Shown here: positions 46,540 through 59,000 of the stretch, in pieces
Numbering within the stretch: the first letter of the stretch is position 1
Layout of the letters: each line of letters starts with the position of its first letter
NCBI GenBank assembly: GCA_002104945.1
Contig: MCFH01000050.1
Location: forward strand, 1-64,000
DNA from: Piromyces finnis finn
Taxonomy: Eukaryota > Fungi > Neocallimastigomycota
DNA: 64,000 nucleotides
Direction: 5' to 3'
The notes under the pieces: model-generated
What the model saw: the letters and a program-made list of their open reading frames with translations, nothing else
Told to the model about the DNA's origin: nothing
Database searches by the model: none
Program-made: the position numbers and the translations under genes

Positions 46540-46640
46540 ACTAATATTATAATTATGTAAATATAAAACAAATATAAATAAAAATCATAATAAAGGTATG
46601 ATGTATATAAATTTTAAATACTAAACTGAACTTTCATTTT

Positions 46641-49600
46641 TTATAATGAATCATAAATACTTAATGACTGGATTTTAGCTCTTTTAATCGCTTTATGTTG
46701 TTTAACACTATTTCTTCTTTTTTTACTTTTTTTATTGTTATTTAAAATGGAATTATTTTGTGAATTGCTACCTTCTTGTTTTGTAGGTGTAATTGGATCA
46801 TCATCATTTTTATTGTTTTGTTTATCATCATTTTCAGTATCATTTAAATATTTTGGACTAAAGGTATTTAATGATAATGGTGATGATGTAATATGATTAT
46901 TTTTATTTTCAGGAGAAGATTTCATTATCGGATGATTGAAAAAACTGTCACTTTTATAACCATTATTTTTAGTCTCCCTTAAGAAACGATGATTAATTTG
47001 AAAGTCTTTCTCATATAAATCTTCATAATACTTTATACTCTTTTTACTTTTTTTGCTTAAAATTTTTGATACAATACTAGCTGATGATGAATCAACATCA
47101 CTTTCAGATGCTATTTTTGAAGTTTTAGTAGAAGTATCTATTGGTGATACAATATTATCATTTGGAGAAGTAATAAGTGATTTTGGATTAACTAGACCTG
47201 AAATACTAGAATTACGAATTACATTATTTGTATTTTCTTCATAAAAATCATTACGCATATGTAATGAGGATGATATAAATGGTTTTGTTTTCCTATTATT
47301 AATAATTGCTTCAATGTAGTCATTTGTGATTTTTGATTTTGTATTTTTTAAATCCGAATGTCCTTGATTAATTGTAAATTGACTAATATGTAGTGGACGA
47401 TTAGTTGAAATATTATATTCTCCTTCAGAATCAGAATCAGAAGAATAGGAATTATTTGGAGATTCCATATATGAATATAACGATACATTATCAGAAGTGA
47501 TATTATCTATATCTGAGTAATAATTTTCATAATAATTTTCCATATTAGCATCTTCTTCAAAATAATCATTTTCATAGTCATTAGCAGAATTATCAGTATA
47601 ATATGAAAGATTATCTGAGTCATATTCACGATTATTTTCATCATTTTCTTTATTTTCAGTATCGTCATATAATGACTTTTCATTGTTTAATAATTGATTT
47701 TGGTTTTCTCCATTTATTTCTGTAGCTGGAGTGCTTGCTTCTGGTAGTGGTTGTGTATTCTCTTTAATATGTGTGTTAGGAATAGTAAGAGCAATTAATC
47801 TTAAAGGAACATGTGATGATTCATAATTATCATCTTCTGTGATAGATACTTCAATTAGATCCATTAATTTATTTTGGTATTCTATTCTTTTCTGTCTTTC
47901 TTTTTCGGTTTCTATTTTTTCTTTTTGATTTTCTTGCTGTTGTTGTATTTCAAACATTCTTTTTTCTTCTTCATTATCTGTTAATTGACCCTCTTCAGTT
48001 AATGAATCATTAATACTCATTTTTTCATCCTTTTCATTATCATTATCATTTAATACTTCCTTTTCAGTTATACATTCTTCATTTAATTCTATTTCTTGAG
48101 TATTTTCTTCATTGTTTTCATTTAGTTCCTCCTTATTTTGGTTAGTTATTTCTTCATCTTGTTTATTAATATCAGTCTTTATTATTTCGGATGCTATTTT
48201 ATTTTCTTTATTATCATCTAAATTATTATTTTCGCTTATTATATTATCATTATCAATATTATTTTCTTTTTCATTGTTTAATATTGCTTTATTATAATCA
48301 TCACCATTATTATTATCACCCTTTGTCTTTGATTTCTCTTCAATACCATTTTTCTTGCTATTCTTATTTTTCTTTTTTTTACTTAAACTTTTTATTACAA
48401 CATCATTATCAAAATTTACAATAAATTTACCACTATCAATTAAACGCCTTACCATCTCATAAATATAACGTTTTCGACGATGCTCTACCATAAAATTTGT
48501 ATTATAACCAAATGAATTTTTCATAATTGAAACAACCTTTTCACTGTTAACAACACTGTTCACTGGATAAATTTTCTTAATATGTTCTGCTAAATCATTA
48601 ACAACTTTTTTTTTTGAACTCAATATTGCTGAAATTTTTACACCAGTACTAAGAACCTTTTTCATTTCTTCCTTAAAATCAACAAAATCCTCATTAAAAG
48701 TAAGGTCTTTTATTCCATTATTAAATACTGGACGCATCATATTATCAACAGGACTTTCATTAATATTTCCTTTATCTTCTCCCTTTATTGTGCTTTCTGA
48801 CATGTTTTTGTGATTGCTTACTAATTGTTTTAATTTTTGTTTTAAAAACTGATTATAGTTTAAATTTTCGATATTTTTATTTTTATTAGTCTTTACTTTT
48901 AATGAATACTTTGCTAAAGATGGATTGTTTATTCTTTGCATTCTACGACTATTATTTTTAATATTATTGGATAAATTTAAAAAAAAGTCTTTTGAATTAT
49001 TTTGTTTTGTATAATCTTCAACACCTTTATATTTCTGTTCTGTAGGAGATGTTTCTGGTGTTGTAGAAATGATTGTGTGATCATCGATAAAGCTATGGCT
49101 GTTTTTTAAACTGGATGAGAAATTATTAGTGATGATTGGAGATACTCTAGCTTTTGATTGATGAATATTTGTTAGAAAAGCTGATGAGTTTGATGAAGTA
49201 GAATTGCTAGTATAATTTGAACTTAGATTTAAATTACTATACTTTTTATTTTTATATAGGCTATTTTGGTAAAGAGTATCTGATAATTTTAATTTTCTAT
49301 TCTTTTTTTTAGAAGTTTTTTTTCTTTGAACAGGTAGTTTATCTGGAAATGTTATAGGTGGCCTAACCATACGATTAAAGATAGCTAATCCCATAACAGC
49401 ATCTCTTGCTGAATAAATAATATCTTCCAATTTCATTACACGTTTATCAAATTTCATTTTCTTAATTCCACCATCTTTTTCTAATAATTGTCCTGTATAT
49501 ATATAAGATAAAGAACTTAAACTTTCGACTGGCAATTTCATACCATGAGCAATTAATTGTAAATCAATAACACCTTTCATTTCAAAATGATACCATTTTT

Positions 49601-50522
49601 TGAGAAGATCAGCATCACCTAATGAATTTACTCCTACTTTAATAATGGATTTTTTTGTTAATATATCTTTTAAATGATATGGAAATTGATCAATATTCCA
49701 TATCTTTTCATCCAATTCATTTTCATCATCATAATCTTGACTTTTTGAAGTTGTATTAGAACTAAAATAGTTATTATATTTTGTATAATCTTCATCAAAG
49801 AAGTATTCATTTCTGTTTAAGTTTGAAGTTGAATATTGTATAGAATTTTCTTTATTATTATTTATATCTATTGATTTATTTGTATTATTATTTGAAGGGT
49901 TACTACGATTTGGGAAAGCGCACATTCTATAAATCTGAAAGAGTAGACAAATATCTTCTGTTGGTGCAATTTGAATTAAACTGACTGCACCTTTCATATG
50001 ATTTCGAAAGATAGTAGTTTCTGTATCAAAGCCTAAAACTCGTATTTCTTTAAATTGTTTTAATATATTTGCTAATACATTGGCCTCTTCACAAGTTTGA
50101 GCCAAGTAAGTGCAAGGAACATCAGCTACTTTTTGAACACCACAATTTTTTAATAAATAATGTAAAGTTTTATGTGTTTCTGGATGAATAGTCGGAATTT
50201 GTGGCATAGTTTCTCCGAAATACGGAGAATTAAATGAGGGTGGTATTAAAGTAGTTAATTTTGGTAAAAACGATATAAATGAGGCATTGTATTCATTTGA
50301 ATTAACATCGTCTTTAAATGGTGTTTGAGAAGTGGTTATATTATTATATACATTAATTTCTTTATTAAAATTTTCATTTTTAGCAATTCTTTCTTCATAT
50401 GAAATTATTTTATTATTCATAAAAGTATAGTCTTTCATTGATAGATTATTACAATTTGAACTACAATTATTTAAATAATTAATTTCATTATGACTTTGAA
50501 TTTCCATATCAAACGAAACCAT
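46641..50522 (-). CDS. WRN/EXD-type DEDDy 3'-5' exonuclease-domain protein, intronless, ~1293 aa
   Basis: ExoI VLGFDTET..VSLIQIA..CLLFQI, ExoII IIKVGVNSLGDADLL..GVIDL, ExoIII IIYSARDAVMGLAIF. First ATG at 50522. The rest is largely low-complexity. Confidence 0.85.
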   Translation of the reverse strand: MVSFDMEIQSHNEINYLNNCSSNCNNLSMKDYTFMNNKIISYEERIAKNENFNKEINVYNNITTSQTPFKDDVNSNEYNASFISFLPKLTTLIPPSFNSPYFGETMPQIPTIHPETHKTLHYLLKNCGVQKVADVPCTYLAQTCEEANVLANILKQFKEIRVLGFDTETTIFRNHMKGAVSLIQIAPTEDICLLFQIYRMCAFPNRSNPSNNNTNKSIDINNNKENSIQYSTSNLNRNEYFFDEDYTKYNNYFSSNTTSKSQDYDDENELDEKIWNIDQFPYHLKDILTKKSIIKVGVNSLGDADLLKKWYHFEMKGVIDLQLIAHGMKLPVESLSSLSYIYTGQLLEKDGGIKKMKFDKRVMKLEDIIYSARDAVMGLAIFNRMVRPPITFPDKLPVQRKKTSKKKNRKLKLSDTLYQNSLYKNKKYSNLNLSSNYTSNSTSSNSSAFLTNIHQSKARVSPIITNNFSSSLKNSHSFIDDHTIISTTPETSPTEQKYKGVEDYTKQNNSKDFFLNLSNNIKNNSRRMQRINNPSLAKYSLKVKTNKNKNIENLNYNQFLKQKLKQLVSNHKNMSESTIKGEDKGNINESPVDNMMRPVFNNGIKDLTFNEDFVDFKEEMKKVLSTGVKISAILSSKKKVVNDLAEHIKKIYPVNSVVNSEKVVSIMKNSFGYNTNFMVEHRRKRYIYEMVRRLIDSGKFIVNFDNDVVIKSLSKKKKNKNSKKNGIEEKSKTKGDNNNGDDYNKAILNNEKENNIDNDNIISENNNLDDNKENKIASEIIKTDINKQDEEITNQNKEELNENNEENTQEIELNEECITEKEVLNDNDNEKDEKMSINDSLTEEGQLTDNEEEKRMFEIQQQQENQKEKIETEKERQKRIEYQNKLMDLIEVSITEDDNYESSHVPLRLIALTIPNTHIKENTQPLPEASTPATEINGENQNQLLNNEKSLYDDTENKENDENNREYDSDNLSYYTDNSANDYENDYFEEDANMENYYENYYSDIDNITSDNVSLYSYMESPNNSYSSDSDSEGEYNISTNRPLHISQFTINQGHSDLKNTKSKITNDYIEAIINNRKTKPFISSSLHMRNDFYEENTNNVIRNSSISGLVNPKSLITSPNDNIVSPIDTSTKTSKIASESDVDSSSASIVSKILSKKSKKSIKYYEDLYEKDFQINHRFLRETKNNGYKSDSFFNHPIMKSSPENKNNHITSSPLSLNTFSPKYLNDTENDDKQNNKNDDDPITPTKQEGSNSQNNSILNNNKKSKKRRNSVKQHKAIKRAKIQSLSIYDSL

Positions 50523-51315
50523 TTTAATTGAACAAGAAAAAAAAAACAAATTTTAAAAATTTAATTCATAATAATTACTAAGGTATATAACAAACAGATA
50601 ATAGTAACTCAATTTATATATAATTATAACTAAAATTTTATATTTTATATTAATAATAGATTTTATAAATTAACGAATTATTGATAATAATTATACCAAG
50701 TTTTTTAAAATTTAAAATAAAAGATAATTAAAATTAATAGAATAATACTAGAATTAATAATATTTTTTAAATCAAATAATTTATTTTATTGTTATAAAAT
50801 AAAGATATTTATAATTGTTTTTGTAAAAGAACAATTGATAAGTTTTATTTATTTATTTGTTTTAAATTAATTGCTTATTTGATTCTTTTGATAATTTATA
50901 TATATATATATAAATTATATTTAATTTACAAATTATTTTAAATTTTTATTTCTTAATTATTTTAAATATATATATATAATATATATCATTACTGTTATTA
51001 TTAAAAAAAAAAACACTCTTTATTATTTATTTACACAATATTGAATATAAAAAAATAAAGTCATTTTCATAAACCTTACATTTATTGAAAATATACAAAT
51101 TTTATAATATGATTAGATTATATAGTATATGAAATAATAAGAAAAAATATTTTTATTTTTTTTATAATTTTTCCAAACTTTAAATAATATCCAATCATCA
51201 TGGAATATTGATGTATTAATAAATACAAATTCTTTATAATATATATATATTTTAGTAATTCAATAGTAAATGTATAATTTCAAATATCGTTTAAAATATA
51301 TGAGAGAGAACGAGG

Positions 51316-51519
51316 ATGTCAATGGAATGCCATCTGGTTCCCAAAGAAGAAATCTTTAAAGACATCTATCCATCTTTTCCAAGCTACCTTTTTATTAGAG
51401 ACCAAAATTATGTTATTGATGAATTAATATATATCCTAGATTTTTGAAGGATTTATCCAGATATTTTAACCAGAAGAAATTTGAGTCCAGGCAAGATTTT
51501 AGTCAAAAAAATCATATGA
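51316..51519 (+). pseudogene. Coding-like fragment with one internal stop, unidentified
   Basis: GC-elevated island reading MSMECHLVPKEEIFKDIYPSFPSYLFIRDQNYVIDELIYILDF*RIYPDILTRRNLSPGKILVKKII*, with TGA at 51445-51447. It abuts the left arm of the inverted repeat. Confidence 0.4.
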
Positions 51520-52372
51520 TATAAAAATAATATGTGACTTGAACATATTATTATATTAGTAATTTTTCCTAATATTAAATTTATATAGTTTTATTATAAT
51601 ATTAATTATTTCTACAATGTATAAGAATATAATGTAAATGTACGACAAATGTAATATCATGTAATGTAAAAGAATAATGTAAATGAATGATCCATAGAGT
51701 TCTAGCCTTATAATTGGACAATTAATTATTAAGTAAGCCTCATTAGTATAAATAGACTAGAATAAATATTATTAAAAAAGGGCTTCTTGTTTTAAGTTAG
51801 AATTTTAAAATTTGACAACAACAGAACGTTTTAGTGTTTAGACAGAATAGAAATATTGGAACGTTATAAATAAAATTATTAATAAAATATATATTGATTA
51901 AAGTTTAATTCTTTCTACATAAAATTAACCCGTATCACATACACTATCATGTGAAAACACATGATAAAGTCTATTATACATGTTATGTTATTTTTATGTG
52001 GAAAGTGTTTAACTTTAAATATATATTTTATTAATAACGTTATTGATCATGTTTCAAAATTTCTATTCTCTCTAAATGCTTAAACGTATAAATATATATC
52101 CTGTCTTTAATTATTAATATTTAATTAAAAACAAAAAGTCATTTTAATAATTTTTTAAAATATTCTCTAATCTATTTATACAATACTTACATAATAATTA
52201 ATTGTCCAATTATAAGGCTAGAATTCTATAGATTATCTACAATATTCTTTTACATCAAATGTTCTTACATTTGTCATATATATATTTACATTACATTCTT
52301 ATACTATATAAATTTAATGTTAGGAAAAATTAACTATATTTTGTTTAAGTCACATATTATTTATATATTATC
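51518..52372. mobile_element. Long inverted-repeat (foldback/MITE-like) element
   Basis: Arms ~51518-51775 and ~52155-52372 are diverged reverse complements, with a perfect 32-bp core (51700-51731 vs 52192-52223). Spacer is ~380 bp. No TSD identified. Confidence 0.6.
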
Positions 52373-53335
52373 TAAAAAAAAAAAAGCTAATACAAATGTA
52401 TAAATATATGTAATACTTTAAAATGACAAACTAAAGAATCATTTATATAAAGATTACCTGTATATTTTAATATATATATTAAAATAAAATAAAATAAAAT
52501 AATAAAAAAAAATGTAAAAAGCAAATTTTAAAATGTATAATTTTTTTATAGACAAAATAAATAAACAAACAATTAAATAATTAAATTATCATCAAAATAA
52601 TCGAATTATCTTAAAGGATTGAAATTAAATATTATTTAAGCCACAATATTATAAAGCATAAAATAGATAAAAAAAAACATAAAAACTTAGCAATATAGAC
52701 AAGTGATTTAAAATTATATTTTATATTTTATATTAAACAAAAATATTATATTAATAGAAAAATACCTTAAATAACTAAATATCTGAAGAAGCTTTATATC
52801 AACCTTACATGAAAATTAATCAAGCTTTAGTTTCTAATTTAATGGAAAACTGTTGATAATAATAAATGAAAATAGTCATTAAATCACTAGAAATGAGAAA
52901 TGAATTATCAATTATCTGGAATTTTAAAGAGTAAATTTTTTTTTTTGTGTAGAATTTAAATACTAAAGGAATATAAATAAATTTAACTAATAGTTTATTA
53001 TATAATAATATGTGGTATAATTATTCAAGCCACAGCAAAAACTTTATTTATCATTTTAATCAAAATATATTTATGGAAGTAAATGTGGAAATAATTAAAA
53101 ATTATTAATTTAAAAACGATAATTCCTAGACATTTATATTGATATATATTATAATGTATTTATTAATATTAATGGATTCAACTGTCAATATATTCTATAT
53201 TAATTATTTTTTTTTATTAAAACCTTAACTTTATATTAAAAAAAAATGGGGTAGGTTTTATATATACTTCTTATTATAAATTAATTTATAATATATTATG
53301 AATAATCTTTTTAATTTATATATTTTTTTTTTTTT

Positions 53336-53347
53336 TGACAGCTGTCA
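53336..53347. promoter_or_regulatory. TGACAGCTGTCA palindrome (TALE-homeodomain dimer-type site)
   Basis: Perfect 12-bp palindrome at 50% GC in AT-rich intergenic DNA. Function is inferred only. Confidence 0.3.
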
Positions 53348-55161
53348 TAAATTTAATTTTAAGGTTGTTAATAAAACATTTATTATAATTTTGTTTTAAT
53401 ACATTTTAAAATATATTTTATTATTCATTGAAATTAGACTAAATTAAGATTAGTAAAAATAACCGGTTCTCAATAATATTTGATATATCAGTGTAATACA
53501 TTATTATTTAATATATTTCTTTTTAATAGCTATCATGGTTTATTATATTAATATATAAATAATGCTTTTAATAACAAACAATATATATCAATAATTTATA
53601 TAAAATTAGTTTTAACTATATTTATAGTTAACCATTTTATCAAATATAATTTATTTTATTAATTTCAATATCAAATCTACCTTTTGAATTATATAATATA
53701 TTCTTTTAATAAAACCTTTTTAAATTAATTATATAGTTAAAAATACATTATAATGGATTTATTTCGTATAATAATGTTGTATATAATTGAATTTTTTTTT
53801 TTTTCATTATGTATTCCATTTCATTATGAAATGTTAGAGGATTTTTAATGAACATTCGTAATACAATTATAATATATGTATCAATAAATTTAATAATATA
53901 TAAATATAATATATAATATATCCAAATTAAGTCATTTATTAATATGGTTTATTTACAATATATATAATTTATATACAATACTCAATATATTATACATATA
54001 TTAGTATGGTATGTTTTATACTATTTTAGTTATTTATATATAATCAATTAACTTTATAATAAATACGCACTAAATTTATTAAAATATTTTTGTTGAAAAA
54101 AAAATCTTGTGAAAATGATTTTTTTTTAATTAGGAAATATTACAGGAAAATTTTTTATTGAGGTTAACTGTCATGCAGATTAACTTTTTTTTTTTTTTTT
54201 TTATAAAACTATTATTTAAAAAACAAACAAAAACACACTATTGAGTAAAAAATAAATTTAATACATTGTATGTATAGTATATTTAAATAATATATTTAAA
54301 ATTTTAAAATTTGAAAACTTTTTATTTTGACCTTTAAATAAAATATATTGAGTAGAAAATATTATAATATAATTAATAATTTATAGTTCTTAAAAAATAA
54401 CTATATTTAAAACTTGTATATTTAATATTATATTGGATTATTGTAAATGTGTAAATGTAAATATAATATTAATATTTAAAATTTAATCAATATATATATT
54501 AATATTATAATAAATAATATATTAGAATCCTTTTTTTTTTTTTTTATATATATATATATTTATTTTTAAAACTTAATTTTATTTTTATTTATTTTCTAAT
54601 TTTGCTATTTCATTAATAATAATCTTGCAATTAATAATAAAAACATCATATATTTTTATTTCTTTTATTTCTTTTTTTCTTTATATTAAAAGGAAAAGAT
54701 AGAAAGAAAAGAGAAAAAAGGAAGGATATTTTATTTCAATATTAAATGAGATTTAGTTATAATAAAAATTTTGTATTATTATATCCAAATAATCAGTTTT
54801 GTTTAATATTAAACATTGTAAACTAATAGAGTAATCTTATATTAACAAATTATAATATATATATATATTTTTCATGTTAAATATTCATATTTTGTTATTT
54901 GATTTAAATTTGTTTTTCAAATATTATAAATTAAATAATTATTTAAAATTAATATCCCATATACCAAAATAAAGGATCAATAAGTAACTAAATATATATT
55001 TTTAGTAAATAATAATTTTATAAAAGTATGTTTTTTTTTTTAAAAAAGAAGGAATAATGAAAATCAAAAAAAGATAAAATAATAAATATAATAAAATCTA
55101 AAAGACATTTTATGTTACCATTAAAATTAGTATTCCTAATAATAACAATAATAACAATAAC

Positions 55162-55196
<35 letters not shown>

Positions 55197-56014
55197 TAAT
55201 AATTATATATAGAAATCTAATAAGAAAAAGAAAAAAGTCAATAATAATAAATTAAAAGAAAAAAAAAAAACTTTATCAGAAATTGTAAGAAGTTAAACAG
55301 AAGTATATTATTAATAAAATTTAAAATCATTACCATAATAACTTTGGGATAATAATTTATTGTATTTTTTTAATCTTATAATATGTTATATTTTTTTGTA
55401 GAATTATTTTACTTTAAATTTTATTCAAAAAATTAAAAAGAATACTAATATTAATATTTATTTATTTATTTATTAATAAACAGAAATATCGTAAAAGTAA
55501 ATTTATATCTCAAATCATTATTTATTATTTATAACAGATTTTATACAAATTATCAATCTAAATAATCAAAAAATAAATTTATATTTACAAATCAAATAAT
55601 ATTATATTCAAAATAAAATAAAAAGAAACAAGAACAAAAACAAAAACAAAAAACAATATTAATTTAACAATAATTAAAATAATTAATTTATGTGATTCTG
55701 ACAATTTTCTATTGAATACTTACTATTTTATTCAATCAACAAGTTATAAATAATCATACCATATTTCATAGATATATAATTATTTGATTGTCTGAAGTTT
55801 TTTTTGTTAACCATTATATTAAAACAAAATTTTGAAGAATTTTGAAATGTAAATATATGGTCTATTATTTTTATAATAACCAAACTATATTCGAAATAAA
55901 TAAAAATCAAATTTAAAAGAAATAATTTTATTTCTTTAAAACAAGTAGCAGTATAATATTTAATTATAAAATTAGATTCATAAGACCTTTAATATTTAGT
56001 ATATTTATTTAAAA

Positions 56015-59000
56015 ATGTTTTCATATGCTGTCACCTGTTTAATTTGGGGTGATAATCCAAATAATGTATTTTCAGTACTATTTTCAAAGAAAACTAGTAT
56101 ATCCGATATAAAGTTAAAAATATTGAAGATTTTGAATTTAAATAAAGATTTATTCGATAATATAAAATATTATAAAGTTAATGAGGAACTATATGTTGAT
56201 GACAAAAGATTTAACATAATAAAAGATAAAGAATCTTATAATTTAATATCACCCTCACAATTTTTTGAAATATCTGAAGTTAGTGATAAAAATTTAATAA
56301 TTGATTGTATAGAAACAGAGAGGTCTTTTAACTCAGAGGATTCAATAGGTGCTATTATTGTAATAGATGAAAATGCATTAAAATCAAGTAATGTGAAACA
56401 ATTCTATTCCCCTGTAGAAACAATTTCAATGAAAAATAAGTATTTAACAAAACAGGAATCTAAAGATATATTTAGTGAATTAAGAAATAAATTCAATGAA
56501 GATGATGAAAGTTATAATGGAGATTTTGAAGATGATTTTAGTGAATATGATAATGATCAAGCATATAAAAAATATAATGCAAAAAGTAGGAAAGAAAAGA
56601 CAAAAAAGAAGATTACAAAAGAAAATAAAGATATTATTAAAACAAAAATGAGAAATTCCGAAAAAATAAAGTGTAATTCACTAAAAAATGAAAGTTTTAT
56701 TGAAAATAAAGACACTCAATTTAACATAAACCAAAAAAGTTTAACCCCAAACGATATATCAACATCAACAGAAGATAAAATTAGTATAAATAATGAAAAA
56801 AATAAACTAGAAGCAATAACAACTATACAACAAATTATACCACAATCCACACAATTTTCACAAATTCAGGTTAATAATTTATTTAAAAACAAATCCAATA
56901 CTATCTCTAATAATTATATAAATTACAATATAAATAAAGTTTCATCTAACTTCTATTATAATATCGATACGAGTGAAGAAAAGTATAAAATATCAAGCAA
57001 TAAATTATCAAAAAAATCAACACAAGATATTACAGCTGTTGCTGCATCTAACAAGCAAGTGATAAAGTTAATTAATAACAATGAATTATTTAAAGAAACG
57101 ACAATTGAGGATAATTTTCATATATTAAATACAAAAGATATAAAGGTCCAAGGCACAGGTAATAAAAATCAAAACCGAAATTCAATAAATACTAATATTT
57201 ATGATCCACAAGTAACATCGTCAGTTTCAAATTTTAATATAAAACAAAATAACGATACCCCATCTAAACCAATTCTTAATACAGATTCACTACCTGTTGA
57301 AGAAACTATTCTTTCTGAAAATGAAAGTCAATTTATTCATCAAACTATGAATACATTAAATTATCCCATTACATCTATGAATAAATATAATAATGGCAAT
57401 AATAATAGATGTAATAATTTTGATCAATCATCTAATAAAAAGAATGAAAATGAAAATCAATATAATAATAATAACAAAATTTTCTCACGTCCTTATAGTA
57501 GAGTATATTATCCAAATAATGATATAGAAATAATGGAATTTTCCCAAGGTAATATTATACTAAATAAATTTAAAACTTAGATAATATAATAATAGTAATA
57601 TTGTTATTTATTTTTTTAGGTCTTGAGCCTTCAGCACCGTTGGAAAGTCAGATTAGTAACGATATAACAAATGTTAAAAACAATAATAACTCAAACTCTG
57701 ATTTATTATCAGTAACATCAACAGAACATAGTAATGATAAAGCTATAATAACATCATCAGTATCACCTAAAACAAGACCACCATCAATATCAAAATCTAT
57801 AATATTTGGTGTAGAGCAGTTTCCAACACCACCAGAAAATAATAATGAATTGGATATTACAGTTGTAAATCAGACACAGCAACCTCAATCACAAGCATTG
57901 CGTACTAATAATAATAAGCATAATAGTGCTGTAATTCATCAATATTATAAAAATGATTTAAATGATCAACCACCATCTTATGAAAACATCAATAATCATC
58001 AACCATCTGCACCAAATTTAACAGATTTTTCAAGTAATAACACAATGACAGCTCTAATTGATAGTAACAATCATAATGTAGAAATGGATGTATCAAATAG
58101 TTCAATTGAGATACCAAATACAAGTATTACCTCTTCTGAATCAAATATAAAGCATTTTAGTTGTTTTCCATGTAATACTTTGGATTCCTATCTTTCTAAA
58201 AAACTTCATATATCAATTAAAAGGATAAGAATATTGTAAAAATCATTTTAATAAATTGATTTAAATATTTTCGTTATTAATATAATATCAAAATAACTAA
58301 TATAAAAAGTACTTACTAATTTATTAACTAATATATTATTAATTTAGAAAAATATTATTTATTTTATTGTTGTTATTGCTTTCAATCAGTATTGTTTTGC
58401 TTCTCATATTTTTATCTCAGCCCCATAGTAGCAGTAGACAATTGGATTATTCAATTTATACCATAACTAGAACATCAACAATAATAAGTGGAACGAATAC
58501 TATAACAAAAACATTAATTCATAGACCAGTAACAATATCAGAACAAGATTTTTCTGCAGAACCAACATCAAGATCTATTACCAGTAATACAAATGAAGAA
58601 GGTGATTTAATTATAGAATCCGATGGAAAAGGTAGCGATGAAGGTTCAATTAAATGGACAATTAAAGAATTAATTAACCCATATTTAGTTGTAAGTTATT
58701 TTAAGAAAGGAAGTGATATACGTAATGACGATTTGGCATCAGAATCATTTAAATTTGGTATAAATCGAATTGTAGAAATAAATGATACAATTAATGTAAA
58801 TGATAGTGAGAGCTATTTTGAATTAAAAGCAACAAAAGGAGATTTAAATTTTGAATTTTTCACAATAAATGACATTAAAACAAATATTGATATATTTAAG
58901 TTTTCAGAATATTTTGGAGTTGATTCAAATAAATTAAATGTCACTTTAAACTATTTATTTACAACTCAGAGTATAAGCACTAGCGATCCAGATTATGCTA

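Noticed and set aside
52782-52945. Short coding-like patches (SEEALYQPYMKINQ..; MKIVIKSLEMRNEL..)
   Set aside because: They are under 30 codons, bounded by stops, with no recognisable family or splice-consistent model.
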